A stretch of DNA of 64,000 nt from Spirochaetia bacterium. GTDB taxonomy: Bacteria; Spirochaetota; Spirochaetia; SZUA-6; Bin103. The notes under the pieces are model-generated. The model saw nothing but the letters and a program-made list of their open reading frames with translations. It searched no databases and was not told where the DNA came from. Below are positions 58,380 through 64,000 of the stretch, one piece after another; within the stretch, counting starts at the first letter, position 1; every line of letters starts with the position of its first letter. The position numbers were made by a program, and so were the translations under genes. Location: positions 2,464,001-2,528,000 of the forward strand of contig OZ241907.1 of NCBI GenBank assembly GCA_965203515.1, written 5' to 3'.

Positions 58380-59735
58380 ATGAAACTCATCCACCCACCC
58401 GCACGCCGTGTCCTGGTCGTGCTGGGCCTGGGGATCGCCGCCGCCGCGTTCGCGGACGACGCGACGGCCGGTTCCAACGCCCTGGCGATCGACACGGTAT
58501 GGACGCTGCTCGCCGCCGTCCTGGTATTCCTGATGCAGGCCGGCTTCGCGATGCTCGAAACCGGCCTCACCCGGGCCAAGAACGCCGCCAACATCCTGAT
58601 GAAGAACCTCATGGACTTCTCGATCGGGTCGCTGGCGTTCTGGGCGGTCGGCTACGCACTGATGTTCGGCGCCAGCCAGGCCGGCCTGTTCGGCGCCAGC
58701 GACTTCTTCCTGGCCGCCACCAGCGCCGCCGGCACCGACGGCGCATCGACCTTCGCGTCCTGGCTGTTCCAGGCGGTGTTCGCCGCCACGGCGGCGACGA
58801 TCGTTTCCGGGTCCATGGCCGAACGGACCCGCTTTCCGGCCTACATGGTCTACAGCGTGTTCGTCACCGCGCTCATCTATCCGGTCGTCGGCCACTGGAT
58901 CTGGGGCGGGGGCTGGCTCGCCAACCTGGACCCCAAATTTGCCGACTTCGCCGGCTCCACCGTCGTCCACTCGACCGGCGGCTGGCTGGGCCTGGCCGGC
59001 GCCATCGTGATCGGCCCGCGGGTCGGCAAGTACGTGCGGAACGGCGCCGGCCTGACCGCGCGCGCCATCCCGGGCCACAGCCTGCCGCTGGCCTCCCTGG
59101 GGGTCTTCATCCTCTGGTTCGGATGGTTCGGGTTCAACGCCGGGAGCACCGTGGCCGGGACCGATCTGAGCATCGCCCTGATCGCGCTCAACACCAACCT
59201 GGCGGCCGCCGCCGGCGCGGTGGGCGCGCTGTTCACCGCCTGGCTCTGGTTCCGCAAGCCCGACCCCACCTTCGCGCTCAACGGCGCGATCGCCGGTCTG
59301 GTGTCGATCACCGCCGGGTGCGCGTTCGTGTCGCCGGCCATGTCGGTCCTGATCGGCCTGATCGGCGGCGTGGTGGTCGTGCTGTCGGTCGAGCTGCTGG
59401 ACAAGGTGTGCCGGATCGACGATCCGATCGGCGCGGTCTCCGCGCACGGCGTCTGCGGCGCCTGGGGCACCTTGGCGGTCGGGCTGTTCGCCGATGAGGC
59501 GATCGGCGGCGTCGCCGGCCTGTTCTTCGGCGGCGGCGCGGCGCAGCTCGGCGTGCAGTTCGTCGGCGTCCTGGCGGTGTTCGCCTGGTCGATGGCGGCC
59601 GGATTCGTACTCTTCACGGCGATCAGGGGCGTCATGGGGCTGCGCGTCAGCCGCCAGGACGAGCTGCGCGGCCTGGACATCGGCGAGCACGGGGCCGAGG
59701 CGTACTCCGGCTTCCAGATCTTTTCATCCCAATAG
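58380..59735 (+). CDS. amtB: Ammonium transporter
   Basis: [38 protein letters not shown]...AHG (twin-His conserved). Confidence 0.96.
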   Translation: MKLIHPPARRVLVVLGLGIAAAAFADDATAGSNALAIDTVWTLLAAVLVFLMQAGFAMLETGLTRAKNAANILMKNLMDFSIGSLAFWAVGYALMFGASQAGLFGASDFFLAATSAAGTDGASTFASWLFQAVFAATAATIVSGSMAERTRFPAYMVYSVFVTALIYPVVGHWIWGGGWLANLDPKFADFAGSTVVHSTGGWLGLAGAIVIGPRVGKYVRNGAGLTARAIPGHSLPLASLGVFILWFGWFGFNAGSTVAGTDLSIALIALNTNLAAAAGAVGALFTAWLWFRKPDPTFALNGAIAGLVSITAGCAFVSPAMSVLIGLIGGVVVVLSVELLDKVCRIDDPIGAVSAHGVCGAWGTLAVGLFADEAIGGVAGLFFGGGAAQLGVQFVGVLAVFAWSMAAGFVLFTAIRGVMGLRVSRQDELRGLDIGEHGAEAYSGFQIFSSQ

Positions 59736-59746
59736 GAGGCACGCGC

Positions 59747-60088
59747 GTGAAACTGATCATCGCGTACATACAGCCGCACAAGCTCAACGACGTGAAACAG
59801 GAGCTCTACCAGGAAGAGGTCTTCAAGATGTCGGTCACCAACGCGCTCGGCTGCGGCCAGCAGCGCGGCTACACGGAGACCTACCGCGGCGTCGAAACCG
59901 AGGTGAACCTGCTCAAGAAGGTGCGCCTGGAGGTGGCGGTGAACGACAACTTCGTCGCCCGTACCACCGACGCGATCATACGCGGCGCCCGCACCGACTC
60001 GATCGGCGACGGCAAGATCTTCGTCCTGGAACTGCCGGAGTGCATCCGCATCCGCTCCGGCGAGCGCGGCGAGGCAGCGATCGGGTAG
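59747..60088 (+). CDS. glnK: P-II family nitrogen regulator (GlnK-like, Thr at position 51)
   Basis: G.GQQRG..E.YRG, K..LEVAV, GDGKIFV, RIRSGE.G..AI; coupled to amtB with an AGGAGG RBS. Confidence 0.92.
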   Translation: MKLIIAYIQPHKLNDVKQELYQEEVFKMSVTNALGCGQQRGYTETYRGVETEVNLLKKVRLEVAVNDNFVARTTDAIIRGARTDSIGDGKIFVLELPECIRIRSGERGEAAIG

Positions 60089-60136
60089 CGGGCGGCCCGA
60101 TCGCCGTCACTCGCCATCAGGCGCTGCCACGGTCGG

Positions 60137-63100
60137 TCAGGAGGGCTCCGTCGCGGCGGAGCCCTCCGGTTCGTGGACGCGCGCCGGCGCCAGCCACGCG
60201 CGGTAGGCGGCGTACACGCGATCGGTGACCGCGGCGAGCGTCTCGACCAGCGTCCGCTCGGTCGCCTCCGCTCCCAGCAGGCGGCGCGCCAGCGCGATCA
60301 GCGCCGTGCCGCCGGCCGGAATGGCGTGCACCTGTCGATCGTCCAGCACCTGCAACAGGTGCTCGGTGCGGCGCAGCAGCGCATAATCCTCGGCCAGCGC
60401 CCGCGCCAAGTCTTCGGCGAGCAGACCGGCTTCGGCCAGCCGTTCGATGCCGATCGGGGTGTGACCGGTCAACACCTGCGGATATTCGCGGGCGTTGGTG
60501 AGCTGCAGGCCCTGCACCAGGAACTCGACGTCGCGAATCCCCCCGCGGCCGTTCTTGACGTCGATCCCGCGCCGCAGGCGGGCGACCCCCGGCGGCGCCG
60601 GAGGGGGGACGTGAGCGTCGCGCATCCGGCCGATCGCGTCGGCCACCTCGGCATGGCCGAAGCCGCGCCGGACGACCGGCTGCAGGCGTTCGATCAGCCG
60701 CTCGCCGAACGCGACGTCGCCGGCCACCACGCGGCAGCGCAGCAGCGCCTGCACCTCCCACAGTCCGGCGCGCCGCTCGTAGTAGTCGGCGAATGCCTGC
60801 GAACCGGTGACCAGCTCCCCCGACCCGCCGTACGGCCGCAGGCGCAGGTCGACCCGGTAGGCGTGCTGCTCACCGGTGTGCTCGCTCAGGTCCTGCCGCA
60901 ACCCGGTGGTGAGCGCCGCGGCGCGCTCGTGGAGGTCGGTCCCCTGAGCGTCATCGTACACCGTCACCAGATCGATGTCCGAGCTGTAGTTGAGCTCGCG
61001 CCCGCCCAACTTGCCGAACGCCAGGACCGCCACGCCGCGCGCGTGCGGCTCCCCGAACAGGTCGGCGCCGATCCGTTCCAACGCGGCCGTCACCACCGCT
61101 TCGGCCATCGTCGCCAGCTCTCCGGTGGTCACCGCGATCGGCGCGCCCAGGTAGAAGTCGCGCGCGGCGATGCGCAGCAGCTCGCGGCGGCGAAACAGCC
61201 GGATCGAGCGCAGCCAGCGCGGGCGGTCGGGCGCCTGCGCCGACAGCGCGCGCAGGTCGGCCAGCATGGCGCCGATCGAACGCGGTCCGTGCAGCCGGCG
61301 CTCGTCGGCGATCCAGTCCAGGAACTGCGGATACCGGACCAGCGTGTCGACCAGGAACTGGCTGGTCGCAAACATCGACAGCAGCAGCGCCAGCCGCACC
61401 GGCTGTTCCAGCATGCGCGCCAGGTGCGCCTCCGGGTCGGGCTGCGCGGAGACGAAGCGCTCCCAGTTGTTGAGCGCCATGTCGGGATCGGCGCTGCGCC
61501 GCAGGTCGTCGAACGCCAGGACCATCAGGCGGGCCAGGGCGCGGCGCGGCTCGCCCGCTTGCGAGCGCGACGCGATGCCCGTGACGTTACGCATCGCCCG
61601 CGCCGCATCGCGGAAGCCGGTTCGGCGCAGGAACGCCAGTTCCTCGTCGCCGGGCGGCCGGTCCGACCCCGCGGCGAGCACCAGATCGGCCGGCCCGACC
61701 TGGGCGGCGCCCCACGGCACCGACGCGTCGCCGAAGCGGCGATCGACGAACGACCGCACCGCGGCGGTGTGCACCTCGAAGTCGGTGCGGAGCTGCGCCG
61801 CCTCGCCCAGCCCGCCGCGGCCGCCATAGCCGATGCGGCGCGCCAGATGCGCGTACTCGGCGCTGTCGGTGGCGGGCAAGAGCAGATCGCGGGCTGAGCC
61901 GCGCAGCATGCGGAGACCGTTGATCAGACGCCGCAGGAAGTCGTAGGAGTCAGACAGCGCCTGCGCGTCGCCTGGATCGATGACCTGCAACCGGCGCAGC
62001 TCGTCCAGCGCCGCGTGCACGCTGGGCGTGCGCAGCGCCGGGGTGTCGGAGCCGTGCACCACCTGCAGGATCTGCACCGTGTATTCCACGTCGACCAGCC
62101 CGCCGGGGCTGAACTTGGCGTTGGCCACGCCGTCCGGACACTTTTCGCGCACCTGCCGCCCCCGCAGGTCGGCGATCGACGCCATGTCGAGCGACCCGCG
62201 CGTGTACAGCAAGCTGTCCCGCAGCCGTTCGATACGGGCGCCCAGCGCCGCGTCGCCGGCCACCGCGCGCAGCCGGACCAACGCCAGGCGTTCGTATGAG
62301 AGCGCCGCTCCGTCGACGCCGTAATAGGCGGCGAACGTCTCCAGGCTGCAGGCCAGCGGACCCGATTCGCCGTACGGGCGCAGCCGCGTGTCCACGTCGA
62401 AGATCCCTTCCCGCTTGGCCGTGATCAGCGCCTCCGTGTCGCGCACCAGCCGGTGGTAGAACTCCCGGTTCGGCAACCGGTCGGAGCCGGTCGTGCTGCC
62501 CTGATCGCCGTACACGAACAGCAGCTCGATGTCGGATGCATATCCCAGCGCGCGCCCGCCGAACTTGCCGAGCGCCAGCACCGCGTAGCGCGACTCCAGT
62601 CCCGCGAAGGTGCACGGCGCGCCGTGGCGGGCGCAGAGCGCGTCGAACGCCATGGCGACCGCGGCGGCTACCACCGCTTCGGCCAGCTCGGTCAGGCGTT
62701 CGCTCAGCTCGCGGAAGCCGAAGCCTTCGGTCAGCAGGTGGTCCAGGTCGAGCAGGAAGACCTCGCGGTCCTTGAAGTCGTTGAGCGCCCGCTTCCTGGC
62801 CGCCCGATCGGCCGGGGCGCGCTCCAGGGCCTGAGCCAGCCGCCGGGCGCAGGTGCCGGCCGGCTCGGCGTAACCGGTGGCCCCGGCGTCGCGCAGCCGC
62901 GGCAGCAGCGTCTCGTACTGCAGCCGGACGAAGTCCTCCCACAGGTAGTCGCTGGCGCCGAGCAGCCGCGCCAGACCGCGCAGCACCGCCGAGTCGCTCA
63001 GCAGCTCCGCCCAGCCGCTCCGGGACGGGCGCTGCAGCAACTCGCCGGCCAGATGGCCGAAGCGTCCCAGGGCCGCGAACGGGTCCGGCGCGCGGCCCAG

Positions 63101-63574
63101 AAAATGGGTGAACTGCTTGGTCAGGAGCGCCGCCAGCTCGATGTGCGCCAAGTCGTCCGCCGCCACCGTTGCGGCGCCGGACGCGGCCGACACCACGAAC
63201 TCGTCGGCGATGCGCCCCGCCTGCGTGGTGATCACCACCTGATCGATGACCACGCCCAGCGTGGACAGCGCGGTGGCGAACGAATAGAGGAAGAACGGCG
63301 TGTCCTGCGAGGCGATCGCCAGCCGGGCGCGGCCCGGCCGGGCGCCGGCGCCGTCCGGCAGCATCTCGGTGTGGACCTCGACCGGATAGAGGATCGGTTC
63401 CTCCGGGGCGTCGGCGGAGACCGCCCGCGCCACCAGCTCGTCCACGTGGCGTTTGGCGACGTCGCGTCCGTCACGTTCCAGCAACGCCAGCACGGACCGC
63501 AGCTCGGCGGCCGCCCGCTCCGCGAACCGCGCGGCGCGCGCCGGCGGTACGCGGCCGATGAAGCGGTCGACCAC
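60137..63574 (-). CDS. glnE: Glutamine synthetase adenylyltransferase GlnE, main part (ACT domain + two nucleotidyltransferase domains), frameshifted from its N-terminus
   Basis: Two NTase motifs (LGKFGGRALGYASDIE; FGKLGGRELNYSSDID), DxRLRPYG twice, K..PGGLVDVE and K.GRGGIRDVE; ACT-like SQDTPFFLYSF..AL. Confidence 0.88.
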   Translation of the reverse strand: MVDRFIGRVPPARAARFAERAAAELRSVLALLERDGRDVAKRHVDELVARAVSADAPEEPILYPVEVHTEMLPDGAGARPGRARLAIASQDTPFFLYSFATALSTLGVVIDQVVITTQAGRIADEFVVSAASGAATVAADDLAHIELAALLTKQFTHFLGRAPDPFAALGRFGHLAGELLQRPSRSGWAELLSDSAVLRGLARLLGASDYLWEDFVRLQYETLLPRLRDAGATGYAEPAGTCARRLAQALERAPADRAARKRALNDFKDREVFLLDLDHLLTEGFGFRELSERLTELAEAVVAAAVAMAFDALCARHGAPCTFAGLESRYAVLALGKFGGRALGYASDIELLFVYGDQGSTTGSDRLPNREFYHRLVRDTEALITAKREGIFDVDTRLRPYGESGPLACSLETFAAYYGVDGAALSYERLALVRLRAVAGDAALGARIERLRDSLLYTRGSLDMASIADLRGRQVREKCPDGVANAKFSPGGLVDVEYTVQILQVVHGSDTPALRTPSVHAALDELRRLQVIDPGDAQALSDSYDFLRRLINGLRMLRGSARDLLLPATDSAEYAHLARRIGYGGRGGLGEAAQLRTDFEVHTAAVRSFVDRRFGDASVPWGAAQVGPADLVLAAGSDRPPGDEELAFLRRTGFRDAARAMRNVTGIASRSQAGEPRRALARLMVLAFDDLRRSADPDMALNNWERFVSAQPDPEAHLARMLEQPVRLALLLSMFATSQFLVDTLVRYPQFLDWIADERRLHGPRSIGAMLADLRALSAQAPDRPRWLRSIRLFRRRELLRIAARDFYLGAPIAVTTGELATMAEAVVTAALERIGADLFGEPHARGVAVLAFGKLGGRELNYSSDIDLVTVYDDAQGTDLHERAAALTTGLRQDLSEHTGEQHAYRVDLRLRPYGGSGELVTGSQAFADYYERRAGLWEVQALLRCRVVAGDVAFGERLIERLQPVVRRGFGHAEVADAIGRMRDAHVPPPAPPGVARLRRGIDVKNGRGGIRDVEFLVQGLQLTNAREYPQVLTGHTPIGIERLAEAGLLAEDLARALAEDYALLRRTEHLLQVLDDRQVHAIPAGGTALIALARRLLGAEATERTLVETLAAVTDRVYAAYRAWLAPARVHEPEGSAATEPS

Positions 63575-63999
63575 GCGCGCCGCAACCCCCCGCCCGCCCG
63601 CCCGGTGTCACCGGACGGCGTCAGCGGCGCGCGCCGAGGGTCGATCCGCCGCCGGGCCTGGCGCCGGCGCGCCGCCGGACCCGGTTCGCCGGCGGGCCGC
63701 AGGTCGCGCGCGTAGGTAAAGGCGTGCCCCTGTTCGATGCTCAGCCCCAGGGAGCCGAGCACGCCGGTGATCAGCGCGAACTCGTCACGGTAGTCGAAGG
63801 CTACCACCGTGCAGGAGAACCGGTCGAAGGCGCTCGCCTCTATGGAGACTTCGGCCGGCGTCTGCGCATCGAGACGATGGGCGGCGCGCACGTGCCGTAT
63901 GAGCTGCGGCTCGGTGAACGACGTGACGTACCGTTCACCGAGCCGCGTGAGATGTTCGTCTACGAACCCGGCATCGATGTCGGGGCAACGGACGATGAT
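63575..63999 (-). CDS. glnE: N-terminal part of the ACT-GlnE fusion (GlnD-like helix + first ACT domain), 5'-partial
   Basis: Frame is open from the window edge: CPDIDAGFVDEHLTRLGERY...RHV...CTVVAFDYRDEFALITGVLGSLGLSI..G.AFT. It joins the main ORF through a frameshift within 63575-63607. Confidence 0.75.
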
Positions 64000-64000
64000 C

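Overview
High-GC bacterial chromosomal window. It is probably from a Spirochaetota member, inferred from a short AlaRS lacking the C-Ala domain, a spirochaete-type LysM lipoprotein, a FliG-like gene and the coaE-SPOR pairing. 1-14.2 kb is a defence-island-like block: a HATPase (probably AlbA_2-fused) gene coupled to an orphan ParA, a beta-helix enzyme, DUF262, and a type I RM operon (hsdM-hsdS-[AlbA_2/HATPase/wHTH]-hsdR-M48 peptidase). 14.2-22.6 kb holds a tandem GNAT, an uncharacterised catabolic operon (HxG-type PhyH dioxygenase, 640-aa unknown protein, RraA/HMG aldolase, a further AlbA_2-HATPase, enolase-superfamily enzyme) and an AAA_14/DUF4143 gene. The rest is mostly core genes: pyrE, argRCBDG with ARG boxes, hisC, hisB, asnS, alaS, coaE, aroD-aroE, a malK-like ATPase, tRNA-Pro(GGG) and tRNA-Phe(GAA). 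A small accessory islet at 37.9-42.3 kb carries AAA_21+DUF4276, a decayed SNF2 helicase relic, a truncated hexapeptide-repeat gene and a 14-repeat propeller protein. The window ends in a nitrogen module: a NifA-like sigma54 activator, paired palindromic candidate UAS, a sigma54 promoter, amtB, a PII protein lacking Tyr51, and a frameshifted GlnE fused to GlnD-like ACT domains. Many genes appear leaderless. No CRISPR array, rRNA, transposase or integrase was found. All family assignments are from motif recognition by eye; no database searches were run.
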